Shown in pieces: positions 39,801 through 48,598 of a DNA stretch of 64,000 nt; the first letter of the stretch is position 1; each line of letters begins with the position of its first letter. The stretch is from a virus (Duplodnaviria > Heunggongvirae > Uroviricota > Caudoviricetes). Position numbers and translations under genes: made by a program. Location: the IMG/VR virus record IMGVR_UViG_3300028805_000047. The stretch is one strand, 5' to 3'. Under the pieces are notes generated by a model. It saw nothing but the letters and a program-made list of their open reading frames with translations, was not told the DNA's origin and did no database searches.

Positions 39801-40887
39801 ATTACTTATAAGAAAACCTAACTCTGGTACATATACCCTTAAAGGTGCAGCAGGTAATAATATAAAAAACGATACAATATATTCTTTTGGATACGATGAA
39901 CATCTTGCTGCATCTGTTTCAAATGACAATCCTTCTTGGACAAGGTACAGCGATGTTACAGGTTATGACATAGACTGGTCTCATTTACCTAATATGTATT
40001 ATCTGACACATAATAAACAAGATAATGATGCAACAAGTCATCTTGACAATGATCCTAGTATTGAACCATATTTTCATGCAATATACAGATTACCAAGAAC
40101 TTACACATATAAGGCGTCAAATATGTCTGCAATGTCTCAGAATAGTCTTATAACTACAAGGGTATCAAGAGCTACAAAAGGTATGGCAGACCGTCAGCAA
40201 TATCTTAATCGAATTGCAAAACGTAAAGTATCTGAAGAATCATTGATTATACCTAGAATCCAAACAACTTATGGATTCGGTGACTTGTTCAATCTTTATG
40301 AATCTTCAGAATCAGAATCTTCTGAAAACTTATTCCAACAATATCTGACAACACATAAAATCGGATATTCTTCAGAAGATCAGTTTATGTCTAATGATAA
40401 TCAATCATCTGAAACAAATTACAATACTTGCGGTTCATACTTATTCTTGTCTCCAATAACACATACTGATATTCAAGTTGACGGTGATTCAATATCTTCA
40501 TACAAAGAAATATTGTCGACAGAGTCAAAAATTTACATACCTTTGATATACCAGTCAAGAATGACAAGTTATCCAAATGTAAATTTTTCGAAAGATCCAA
40601 GTTCTGACAAGCCTGCTCCTGACTCACAAGGCAATGATTATATCAGAGGACATATTCTTGGATGCTCTTCATATACTGAGTACTCAAAAGTCGTATTGAA
40701 TACGATTTATGCGAATATTATCGGTATAGATATTTGGATGAGTAATTCAGTAGTAAGAAGATATGATATTGTCGTATGGTCTAAATACATTCGTTCTGAT
40801 ACTGATGTTTCTGTAACAAATACAAATATATCATCAGCTTTATCAGACTTGATTTCGTCTAACAGTTCTAAATCATTAGAAATATAA
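36853..40887 (+). CDS. large structural protein (putative baseplate/tail) with central coiled coil
   Basis: 1344 aa; tandem TATAAATA at 36808 and 36816. Confidence 0.65.
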   Translation: MYTNSISKLFEKILAQSNNSASIYKGISDAVSSQSQEVSVEVEDPENPESSVIIKVPSFGYLLSAIERIDNTLKTLQNVDAGSGSTVRLSDGSYRKLMLAKVPSEAPTIKNVNSITEFKFKNNWFFEDLVNPLLFATIDITGQVPANIEEVYVERYILKIQNSAQQTVFDTMFKGKSDIDYKSFLYTLIQNKMTYILDSEERKLPMRKKRFTGNFSITEIHDIQVKRTINNTEYTVNDKEYILDTFEYTDNNSDYQNSMTLSVGDEIEVINDTAISTKYQITAIDNSRLAIRVKLIQGYEELVVGENVIRMSSEKSDEVKAEIPIGYDECCVVFIKPIDPDSHIAASEFSPGTGFYTSDLTYINQSGQTETLQSFYGKYVIDVGKMLISMSKDFYPTIADGVIPNVPILQQENFRVVQINKQKNSSSSTEKMQSLIANKVQISSELETLNSKINNLNKTIQTSIFDSANSRAAVEQELNDAIDKRDSYQESFNSVINEIAALANSSTYLDEAKYHVRGFWQVPEEQVTPSGTQKIIRFKYRYRYLSLDDKSNPNDEYEYVDDQGNKKKAIYSSWVEGETNLRKRSLDTATGMYYWEDIDNLNAESIDINQIDIAITSGEKVEIQVASVSEAGYPANPLISAWSESVIIEYPSVVASSINADYIEQNKFDLITSQVNSILKSENVTKHLDSSFADNSKYFAHSADSIASGFVTAEQTPITLFEKLTSIQNDLDAIIARITDNQQEIVIDLLDSDGTVYSLKENSKTYIFAGYYKEWVDKNIEDDTAVISVTEYDENGDPKKDLCEVTIFPKAGAIMQKEYNIRIGIKSNLRLRLLSKLNGNRLSMAPNSFGKAQELASSMEYLSKPYSFRYDLYDNIAREDVIDDNYYNTKGRYDLVPINLKSSNYLDFQTASPNLFQSSQQRGQFIYARFRDVSNSFNMYANGSSNDIFDETTNRWMLNDGNGILDAESTMQRSELFGADRWALLIRKPNSGTYTLKGAAGNNIKNDTIYSFGYDEHLAASVSNDNPSWTRYSDVTGYDIDWSHLPNMYYLTHNKQDNDATSHLDNDPSIEPYFHAIYRLPRTYTYKASNMSAMSQNSLITTRVSRATKGMADRQQYLNRIAKRKVSEESLIIPRIQTTYGFGDLFNLYESSESESSENLFQQYLTTHKIGYSSEDQFMSNDNQSSETNYNTCGSYLFLSPITHTDIQVDGDSISSYKEILSTESKIYIPLIYQSRMTSYPNVNFSKDPSSDKPAPDSQGNDYIRGHILGCSSYTEYSKVVLNTIYANIIGIDIWMSNSVVRRYDIVVWSKYIRSDTDVSVTNTNISSALSDLISSNSSKSLEI

Positions 40888-41588
40888 TGGCACACGTTAC
40901 ATGTAATAGTTCAGATTCTGATTCAAAGGTAGTTAACCTCTATGTACCTAACATAGAGGTATTGCCTTATAAGTTATTAACTTCATATTGTTTCATAATT
41001 TATTTAGTCGATAAGAACGGTAAACCTATTGATATTGAAAATATTCAGAAAGTTATTATTAAATTTAAAAATGAATATTGCGAGTATAAGTTCTTTGCAA
41101 TATATGACAGGAATGGCTATGTTGAAGAATCTGATATGGATACTATTGAACTTGTTCCTTTACAGACAGAATCAAGTGAGTCTGACCAGCGTCTTTCACC
41201 TGAAGCAATACTGAATATAGATCCTTACAAAAAATTACTGTTTTATAAAGATTCAAATCTTGCAAAAAGCTACGACTTGGAAATTACAGGAGGTGCATCT
41301 TTAATTGCCGTGAATGCAACACAGATTGAACCTCTTGGAGATAATGAAATTGAAACATTCACATCTTCTTCAAAAGATTTCACGCTTTATATAGAGTCTG
41401 AGGAATCTGAAAATATTGTAATCGTTCAAAGAAGCGAATCACAGTATGTCGGGGCATTTCAAGTATGTTTTGACAAAGAACATTTAGAAAAATTAAAAGG
41501 TGAGAAATTATATATTGACGCACTTGTCGAAGATAATGAAGGTAGTTTTATAACTGCAAATTGCATACAGCTGGCAAGCTTGGTGTAA
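40887..41588 (+). CDS. hypothetical structural protein
   Basis: Translationally coupled (TAATG) to upstream gene. Confidence 0.7.
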   Translation: MAHVTCNSSDSDSKVVNLYVPNIEVLPYKLLTSYCFIIYLVDKNGKPIDIENIQKVIIKFKNEYCEYKFFAIYDRNGYVEESDMDTIELVPLQTESSESDQRLSPEAILNIDPYKKLLFYKDSNLAKSYDLEITGGASLIAVNATQIEPLGDNEIETFTSSSKDFTLYIESEESENIVIVQRSESQYVGAFQVCFDKEHLEKLKGEKLYIDALVEDNEGSFITANCIQLASLV

Positions 41589-41633
41589 ATTATATATAAA
41601 ACAACAAAATTATTTTTAAGATTAAATTAAATT

Positions 41634-43979
41634 ATGGCTGAAAAGAAACCGAAAACAAATGATGATTTAGTCTGGTCTACTGAAAAGATAAAACAGTGGT
41701 ACGAGAAATACAGCAATGGTGAAATAACTCCTGAGTCACCATGGCTTAATAACATTATCGGTATTAGAAAGCCTAAAATTGTCTATCAATATACAAAACA
41801 GGAACTTGAAGAATTTACAAAGTGCGCTCAAGACGTGACATACTTTGCAAAGTATTGTGAGATAATGCATGGAACAGAAGGCTACAAACCTACTGTCCTT
41901 AGAGATTATCAAAAGCGTCTCTTAAAAGATTATAAAAAATACCGCTTCAATGCCGTGATTGCATGCCGTCAGGCAGGAAAATGTCTTTTTAATGGCAAAA
42001 TTACTGTAAATAAATTAGATAAAAATAAAGATTTTATAATTGAAGATTTATACTATAAATCTAAAAATAAATCATTTTTATCATTTATTAAAAATTTACT
42101 ATTAAAGATTTATAGAAAATCAACCTTAAAAAATATAATACTATTCTTAATAGAACTTATAGAAAGCTATGAGTATCGAAATCTTCAACTTGATGAAACT
42201 GATATTTCAAAAAAGATTATAGATACAGTTGACATTAGTAGTGAAGGACTGAAAGTATTGTCACATGATGGATATCATACAATAACGCATATACATAAAA
42301 CACAGCCATATACAATTTACATATTAAACCTTGAATCAGGTGAAAAGCTTGAATGTGCTGACAATCACATAATTTTTTGTAAAGGCTTTGTTCAAAAATT
42401 TGTAAAAGATCTTACAACTGATGATTACGTCATAACTAAAAATGGTTTGTCAAAAGTATGTTCAATATTGAAAACAAACCATAAAATTTCTATGTATGAT
42501 GTTACTGTAGATTCTAAAGACCATTCGTTTTATTCAAATAATATATTAAGTCATAATACAACTACATCTTGTATCTTTTTACTGCATGAGGCATTTTTCA
42601 ACACTGACAGGAATATAGGTATTGCTGCAAATAAGGCATTGACAGCAACAGAAATTCTTAGTAAGATAAAAGAAATTCTGTTTAGAATTCCACCATTCTT
42701 AATGCCGGGCGTGAAATACATATCAGGTGATTCGATAACATTTGAAAATGGATGCCGTATAATTTGTCAGGCTACTACACCGAGATCATTTATCGGTTAT
42801 ACGATTCATACACTTTATTTGGATGAGTTCGCACACGTCGAACCTCACATGTTGAACGCATTCTATGAAAACATCGTACCTACCGTTTCATCAATGCTTG
42901 ATTCAAAAGTCATTGTAACATCTACTCAGAACGGATTTAATAAATTCTATGAAATATGTGAGGGTGCGAAGAATGGAACCAATGCATATCATTTAAGCAG
43001 GATTGACTGGTGGGATGTACATGATGATAAATGGAGGGATGAACAAATCAAGCTTCTGGGTGAAGATGAATTTATCAGGCAATATGGAAATGTTTTTTCA
43101 AACAGCGGCGATATGCTGCTTTCTTCAGCAACCCTTGAGAAATTTAATAAATCTATAAAAAAATTCGTCTATCGCGACATAAAGGCTGTTGAGGACCATT
43201 TTGTTGATGGTTTCAGTAACTTGGTATGGAGAGAGGATTTCGATATTGACGAATTGGCAAATCCTAAAAAGAAATTCTTAATCGCTGTAGACCTTGCAGA
43301 AGGTGGCGGAGGAAAAGCTGATTATACAGTATTCCAAATTCTTGAACTGAAGCTGAAAGAAAATATTGTCGGTATTGTTAATTTTGAAGAAATGTACGAG
43401 TATGACCAAGTAGGCATATTCAGGTCAAATACCACGAGCTTGGACATAGCTGCTGATTTGTTATATAGAATAGTCGTACAGACAATAGGTATTGATAACT
43501 GCGTATTGATAATAGAAATGAACACCTATGGCTCATATTTCACAAATATGCTTTTACAAATAGACGGTGACGACAATGAGTTTGAAAAATCTTGTATATG
43601 TCAGTTTGAGTCAAACAAGTTGACGCATACAATGACGTATGGAATACGGCTTAATTCACAGAATAAGCAAATCTATTGCGTCCTGTTCAGAAGATTGTGT
43701 TCAAATAATATCTTCAACATTTATCATAAAGCGACTGTTGAAGAGGCTGAGTGTTTCTGCAGGGTTGGAGACACCTATAAAGCTAATGGTTCTGCTACAA
43801 GCCACGACGACACTATAATGCCTTTAGTTGAGGCAAGCGCTTTTGAACAAACTCAGCTATTCAGGAGCTGTATAGAAGACTTGCTTGATTCTGAAAACAA
43901 GTTTGATCAATACGAAAAAAACCTTGACAACAAATCTGAAAATGACGGATTTGCAGGACTTACAAGTTTTAGAATGTAA
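41634..43979 (+). CDS. terL: terminase large subunit (T4 gp17-like), intein-containing
   Basis: LRDYQ, RQAGK[intein]TT Walker A, LDEFAH Walker B, VTSTQNG, VDLAEGGG..DY, HDD nuclease motifs. Confidence 0.95.
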   Translation: MAEKKPKTNDDLVWSTEKIKQWYEKYSNGEITPESPWLNNIIGIRKPKIVYQYTKQELEEFTKCAQDVTYFAKYCEIMHGTEGYKPTVLRDYQKRLLKDYKKYRFNAVIACRQAGKCLFNGKITVNKLDKNKDFIIEDLYYKSKNKSFLSFIKNLLLKIYRKSTLKNIILFLIELIESYEYRNLQLDETDISKKIIDTVDISSEGLKVLSHDGYHTITHIHKTQPYTIYILNLESGEKLECADNHIIFCKGFVQKFVKDLTTDDYVITKNGLSKVCSILKTNHKISMYDVTVDSKDHSFYSNNILSHNTTTSCIFLLHEAFFNTDRNIGIAANKALTATEILSKIKEILFRIPPFLMPGVKYISGDSITFENGCRIICQATTPRSFIGYTIHTLYLDEFAHVEPHMLNAFYENIVPTVSSMLDSKVIVTSTQNGFNKFYEICEGAKNGTNAYHLSRIDWWDVHDDKWRDEQIKLLGEDEFIRQYGNVFSNSGDMLLSSATLEKFNKSIKKFVYRDIKAVEDHFVDGFSNLVWREDFDIDELANPKKKFLIAVDLAEGGGGKADYTVFQILELKLKENIVGIVNFEEMYEYDQVGIFRSNTTSLDIAADLLYRIVVQTIGIDNCVLIIEMNTYGSYFTNMLLQIDGDDNEFEKSCICQFESNKLTHTMTYGIRLNSQNKQIYCVLFRRLCSNNIFNIYHKATVEEAECFCRVGDTYKANGSATSHDDTIMPLVEASAFEQTQLFRSCIEDLLDSENKFDQYEKNLDNKSENDGFAGLTSFRM
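41982..42557 (+). other. mini-intein (192 aa) in the terminase Walker A motif
   Basis: Starts CLF, block B LECADNH, block F MYDVTV, ends SHN with +1 Thr; no LAGLIDADG seen. Confidence 0.92.
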
Positions 43980-44058
43980 GCTGATTTTTATATTCAAAAC
44001 TGTTTCAATATAAATAACTTATATTGATATACTCATTTAATCCCCTAATTTTACTAGT

Positions 44059-44268
44059 ATGAAAGAAGTTAAACAGTTTGAGGATTTCTTGATCTATCTT
44101 AAGTCTATGGAGATTATTGAAATAGGGAACAACGCAATAAAGCGTGTACAGGATGAAAACCACTCAAAAGGCATTCCGCTTGTTTATTCAGTTGATGGTA
44201 AAATATATTATGAATTAGCATACGGAACGGTAACAACAAACAGCCCGTTTAATAAACCTGAAAATTAG
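44059..44268 (+). CDS. small protein resembling partners (putative antitoxins) of zeta-toxin-like ATPases
   Basis: AIKRVQDENHSKGIPLVYSVDGKIYY; TATAAATA at 44009. Confidence 0.5.
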   Translation: MKEVKQFEDFLIYLKSMEIIEIGNNAIKRVQDENHSKGIPLVYSVDGKIYYELAYGTVTTNSPFNKPEN

Positions 44269-45674
44269 GCCGCAATAGAACAGTACTCATATTTTTCTCT
44301 CATTGACAAGAACTTATTTGCAACATGTTCGATATTTGAATTTATAAATTCTATAAACGACCTGTCATTGCAATAGAATCCATCATATATCTGAACTATA
44401 TTATAGCCTGCCTCACAAAGTTCAAACAACAGCAGCATATAAATGCATGATTCATAATAGAAAATCTTTGATCCGCAAAACTCACCTATGATTGATTCAA
44501 GCATTGACCTTGTTTGCTCCATAATCAGCTTGATGTCATTTTTATTTTCAAGTTTTGCATTATGTTCCTTAAATAATCTCGACGTACGTGCGAAATGTTG
44601 TTTTGACGACCTGTTAAAGAATACCTGCATTGTAAATGTCTTGCAGGCCTGTCGTTCCTCATCAGTCATATCGCCAAATATTTTTTCATATATATCCACA
44701 TCAGGTGAAAGCCATACCTTATTTTTCATAAAATATGCTATTCTGTATATTGACGAGCAAAAATCGTATTCAAAATAGCCATGCGGAAATATCTTTTCAA
44801 GTTCGTCCTCCCTATACCTGTTTCCAATTATTCTTTCCTTGCATCCTAATTTTTTAAGGTTGCAGAAGAAACTTGTTGAACGGATTCCTATCTTAATTAC
44901 ATTACCTGAAGAGCTTCTTGTTATGTGGATGTTAAATTTAATCTTTCTGTTGCCTGTGCAATAGTTGTCGTTCAGATATTCAACTATTTTATCAAATTCT
45001 TTCAGTTCCGGATTGGTGTTATAGACACCTGCTATTATTTCTTCATCAGTATAACGCTTGTCTATCAGTGTCTTGTCTGTAAAATCAAATTTGAGGTCCG
45101 GATTTTTCTTTCTTATTCTTTCAACTCTTTCATGAGTTTCCTTATAGTACGAATTAGGTGATTTTGTTTGTTCAATTCCAAGCGACTTGCATAAATTCTT
45201 TATAAGTTTTTCAACCTGCTTGTTATAGACATATTGCTTTGAATAATTTCCGGTTGAATAACTGTTGTCTATACATTTCAGCAAGCCTATTTCCTCGCAT
45301 TGCTTTATAAACCTTGTGACATTCTCACCAACCAGATATTTTACAAGATTGCTTTTACTGCATAAATGAAATGCCCTTGTCAGTCCTTTGTTTATCGACC
45401 AGTTACAGTATTGCTCATAACTTACGAAATTAAGCAGTGTCTGTAAGCGCATTTTTGCTTTTTGAACAGTCTTTGACTGATCCAAGATTTTAGAATATAA
45501 ATCTTTTTCAGTCTTAAAGGTTTTTTCAAAAATTGAACAGGAATAGGCTCTTATAATTGATTTCTGTCCAACAGGCTGTTTTGAACGCTTGAGCGTTTTT
45601 TCAGCATCTATCAGAGACTTTACAATATGTAAGCTTGAACTATTCAAAGAAATATTTTTGCTATAATTAAACAA
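44265..45674 (-). CDS. hypothetical protein with family-A polymerase-like palm motifs and possible wHTH
   Basis: EYDFCSSIYR (motif A-like), RQACK..MQVFF (B-like), QIYDGF (C-like); start codon uncertain (TTG). Confidence 0.6.
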   Translation of the reverse strand: MFNYSKNISLNSSSLHIVKSLIDAEKTLKRSKQPVGQKSIIRAYSCSIFEKTFKTEKDLYSKILDQSKTVQKAKMRLQTLLNFVSYEQYCNWSINKGLTRAFHLCSKSNLVKYLVGENVTRFIKQCEEIGLLKCIDNSYSTGNYSKQYVYNKQVEKLIKNLCKSLGIEQTKSPNSYYKETHERVERIRKKNPDLKFDFTDKTLIDKRYTDEEIIAGVYNTNPELKEFDKIVEYLNDNYCTGNRKIKFNIHITRSSSGNVIKIGIRSTSFFCNLKKLGCKERIIGNRYREDELEKIFPHGYFEYDFCSSIYRIAYFMKNKVWLSPDVDIYEKIFGDMTDEERQACKTFTMQVFFNRSSKQHFARTSRLFKEHNAKLENKNDIKLIMEQTRSMLESIIGEFCGSKIFYYESCIYMLLLFELCEAGYNIVQIYDGFYCNDRSFIEFINSNIEHVANKFLSMREKYEYCSIAA

Positions 45675-46028
45675 CGTTCCTTAGAATTTTTGACAGACTG
45701 AGATATCTTTGTGCACTTTACCTCAGTCTGTCTGCAAAAATCTTCTTTGGAACACGACAAAGATATGTATGAAATAATGAAAAATAAAATTTTTATAAAA
45801 GAAATTTTTTTAAAAATACTTAAGGAATTTATTTTCAAATAATTAAATTTCTTTTATTCCTTAAATCTCCAAAAAAGATAAGAAAGGTGATATGTTATAT
45901 AGCAATATGTTGACGCCAGCTACGTAAGTTACTTAAAATGAATTAGTTATACAGCATTTTTAAGTAGATGTTTTAAAATGTATTTTTTGTTGTAAATGTT
46001 GTTTATTATAATATAATTTCTATATAAA

Positions 46029-46919
46029 ATGCAGAGTGTTGTAATACCAGTAATAAAATCACAAGGAATAAAGACCAAGCTTGTACAATGGATAAATGAC
46101 ATCATTACTTTATCGGGCAAAGATAAAAATGTGAATTGGATAGAGCCGTTTTTTGGTACAGGCGTTGTCGGACTTAATACGGAAATAAAAGGTACACGAA
46201 TTATTGGAGATACAAATCCATACATAATCAAGCTATATAATGACATATATACAGGTGAAGTCACGAAAGAAAGGATGAGGGAATTTCTTGAGGCTGAAGG
46301 CAAGAAACTTGCAAGTGCCGGTAATGACGGATATGATTATTTTAGGGAAGTCCGTAAAAGATTTAATGAAACCCACAGTTCGTATGATTTCGTATTTCTT
46401 TCAAGAAGCGGGTTCAATGGAATGATGAGGTTTAACGGTAAAGGTGAATGGAATGTTCCCTTTTGTAAAAATCCTGAAAGGTTTTCACAGGCATACATAA
46501 CTAAAATCTGTAACCTGCTTGAAAAGACAATATATACAGTTAGAAAATATGATTGGAAATTTTACAACCAGCATTTTTTAAAAACAATCGCAGAAGCCAA
46601 AGAAGGAGATTTTATTTATTGTGATCCTCCATACTTTGGAAGATATACAAATTATTTCAATAATTGGACAGAAGATGACGAGAAAGAATTGTTTGACGCA
46701 TTATCAAATACAAAGGCGAATTTTATAATGTCAACTTGGCACCATGATGACTTTAGGAAAAATGAAATGATAGACAAGTATTGGGATAAATTTAATATCT
46801 CACTGCATGATCATTTTTATTATAACGGAAGTACTGCCGAGAGAAGGCATTCAGTCGTTGAAGCACTTATTTTTAACTTTGATTTAAAACATGAAAGTAT
46901 CTCTCATGAGTTATTTTGA
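46029..46919 (+). CDS. dam: Dam-family (D12) DNA adenine methyltransferase
   Basis: IKSQGIK, EPFFGTGVV, GFNGMMRFNGKGEWNVPF, YCDPPY. Confidence 0.92.
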   Translation: MQSVVIPVIKSQGIKTKLVQWINDIITLSGKDKNVNWIEPFFGTGVVGLNTEIKGTRIIGDTNPYIIKLYNDIYTGEVTKERMREFLEAEGKKLASAGNDGYDYFREVRKRFNETHSSYDFVFLSRSGFNGMMRFNGKGEWNVPFCKNPERFSQAYITKICNLLEKTIYTVRKYDWKFYNQHFLKTIAEAKEGDFIYCDPPYFGRYTNYFNNWTEDDEKELFDALSNTKANFIMSTWHHDDFRKNEMIDKYWDKFNISLHDHFYYNGSTAERRHSVVEALIFNFDLKHESISHELF

Positions 46920-46963
46920 TAAAATAATGTCCATCAATACTTTACATTTTATTAAAATGATAC

Positions 46964-46971
46964 TATATTTG
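46964..46971 (+). promoter_or_regulatory. Bacteroidetes -7 element TAnnTTTG upstream of the late sigma gene
   Basis: TATATTTG ~30 nt before the ATG at 47000. Confidence 0.5.
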
Positions 46972-46999
46972 CACATATAATTGTTAATGAGCTTTTAAG

Positions 47000-47371
47000 A
47001 TGAAACAGGAAAGGAAACAGTATATCAATAATGATGAATTCACGGCAGAGCTTATGAAATGTAAGCAAGAGGATAAGGTGTCCAATAAACTCGTGTCATA
47101 TTTTTATCTGCTGATCAAGAAAATAAATGCCAGAAATTATCAGAAGAATTATGATGAGGCAATGGATTTTGAACAATACAGCATTGAACAGCTTCTGAAA
47201 ATGTGGAAAAAATATGACATATCACGGGGAAACGCATTTTCATTCTTTACAGGACAAATCTCATTTTCAATTATGGCCGCATATAACAAACTACACCCTA
47301 AAGACGTAACAATTATTTCAACTTCTTATATTGATGATTCCGGAACTATAAAAGATGCATACAATGTCTGA
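47000..47371 (+). CDS. late-transcription sigma factor (T4 gp55-like)
   Basis: YINNDEF..EL, KYD...NAFSFFTGQI. Confidence 0.75.
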   Translation: MKQERKQYINNDEFTAELMKCKQEDKVSNKLVSYFYLLIKKINARNYQKNYDEAMDFEQYSIEQLLKMWKKYDISRGNAFSFFTGQISFSIMAAYNKLHPKDVTIISTSYIDDSGTIKDAYNV

Positions 47372-47591
47372 AAACATACTTGATAAAGTAAAGGAAGGAA
47401 AATCCTTTATGTTTAAAGTGGGTCATACAGTTCATAAGCTCGTTTATGAAAAAGAGAATGAATGGTATCGACACGAAACAAAAGTTAATAATAAGTCTGA
47501 TGTAAGCTATGTAATGTATAAGGACTTAAACGTTCTTTACAGATTAAAGATAAAGGACTTGAAACAGAAACCAGAAATAACATTTTTATAA
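47364..47591 (+). CDS. hypothetical protein
   Basis: ATG overlaps the sigma stop. Confidence 0.65.
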   Translation: MSENILDKVKEGKSFMFKVGHTVHKLVYEKENEWYRHETKVNNKSDVSYVMYKDLNVLYRLKIKDLKQKPEITFL

Positions 47592-47613
47592 TTTAAATTT
47601 AAATTTAATCATT

Positions 47614-48066
47614 ATGAATTCAGAAGTTTTAAATTTATTAAATCTTGAAGAAGATACAAAGGAAACATTAGAGGCAAAAGCTGAGAAAATATCTGATATA
47701 ATCAGATCTGGAGATGCTGAAGGTGTTGTAGAGGCTTGGACAAATATTTCAAAGGCTGCAGTTCTATTAGATTCTATTAAGGCAAAAATTGTTAATGATG
47801 CAATTGACTGTTGCAGTGATGTGAAGAATGCATATAATTGTGAATTATGTGTAAAAGAGGTTGGTGTTAAATATGATTATTCAGTTTCTGCTGATTGGAA
47901 CACTGTCAAGAAAGAAGAAGAGATTTGGTCAAGTAAAAGAAAAGCTGTTGAAACAGAGTTGAAAGCGGCATCAGAGGAACATCCATTTATGGATTTGACA
48001 GAATCAAAGCAAATAACTTCAATACCTAAAAAATCTACAATGACTGTTGCTGTAAAAATTTTATAA
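47614..48066 (+). CDS. hypothetical protein
   Basis: 150-aa ORF; KEVGVKYDYS. Confidence 0.75.
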   Translation: MNSEVLNLLNLEEDTKETLEAKAEKISDIIRSGDAEGVVEAWTNISKAAVLLDSIKAKIVNDAIDCCSDVKNAYNCELCVKEVGVKYDYSVSADWNTVKKEEEIWSSKRKAVETELKAASEEHPFMDLTESKQITSIPKKSTMTVAVKIL

Positions 48067-48068
48067 TA

Positions 48069-48551
48069 ATGAGAAATATTTTTAAAGTTGTAAAGGCATA
48101 TCGTTTAGTAAGTAAAATTTATAACAATAACAAAGAGGACTTATTAAGGTATGATATTGTCAAGCTTGATGACGGACGTCTTTCAAGGTCTTGTGATTTG
48201 ATATTTAATATATCAAAGGTAGAACATTGTGCGAAATTCCTTAAAACTGCAGCGAATAATGATTATATTCAGAATATTAATAAATTCGCTGCTGTAATGA
48301 AGGCATATCATCTTGATGAACTTGTTGATATTTCAAGTGATAACTTTATGATTTATCTTAAAGATGAAGATGATCAGGATTATGATGAAAACTCAATAGC
48401 TGTACATTATGATATGATATTTACGCCTAATATAGAGTATGAACCAGATTTTGATTCATATAAAGTATTCAAGGTGTTTAAGATTATATCGGCAATACTT
48501 ATCATACTATTGTGTATATCAGGAATTTTGGCACTTCTTTTATTTCTATAA
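48069..48551 (+). CDS. membrane-anchored protein (C-terminal TM)
   Basis: IISAILIILLCISGILALLLFL. Confidence 0.75.
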   Translation: MRNIFKVVKAYRLVSKIYNNNKEDLLRYDIVKLDDGRLSRSCDLIFNISKVEHCAKFLKTAANNDYIQNINKFAAVMKAYHLDELVDISSDNFMIYLKDEDDQDYDENSIAVHYDMIFTPNIEYEPDFDSYKVFKVFKIISAILIILLCISGILALLLFL

Positions 48552-48598
48552 ATAATTGTAGGAATTTGATTCCTATTGTTTATTAAAAATGAATTAAA

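Noticed and set aside
45675..48000. Impression of a codon-usage/GC-skew shift marking a replication origin
   Set aside because: Could not be quantified by eye; needs a cumulative skew calculation
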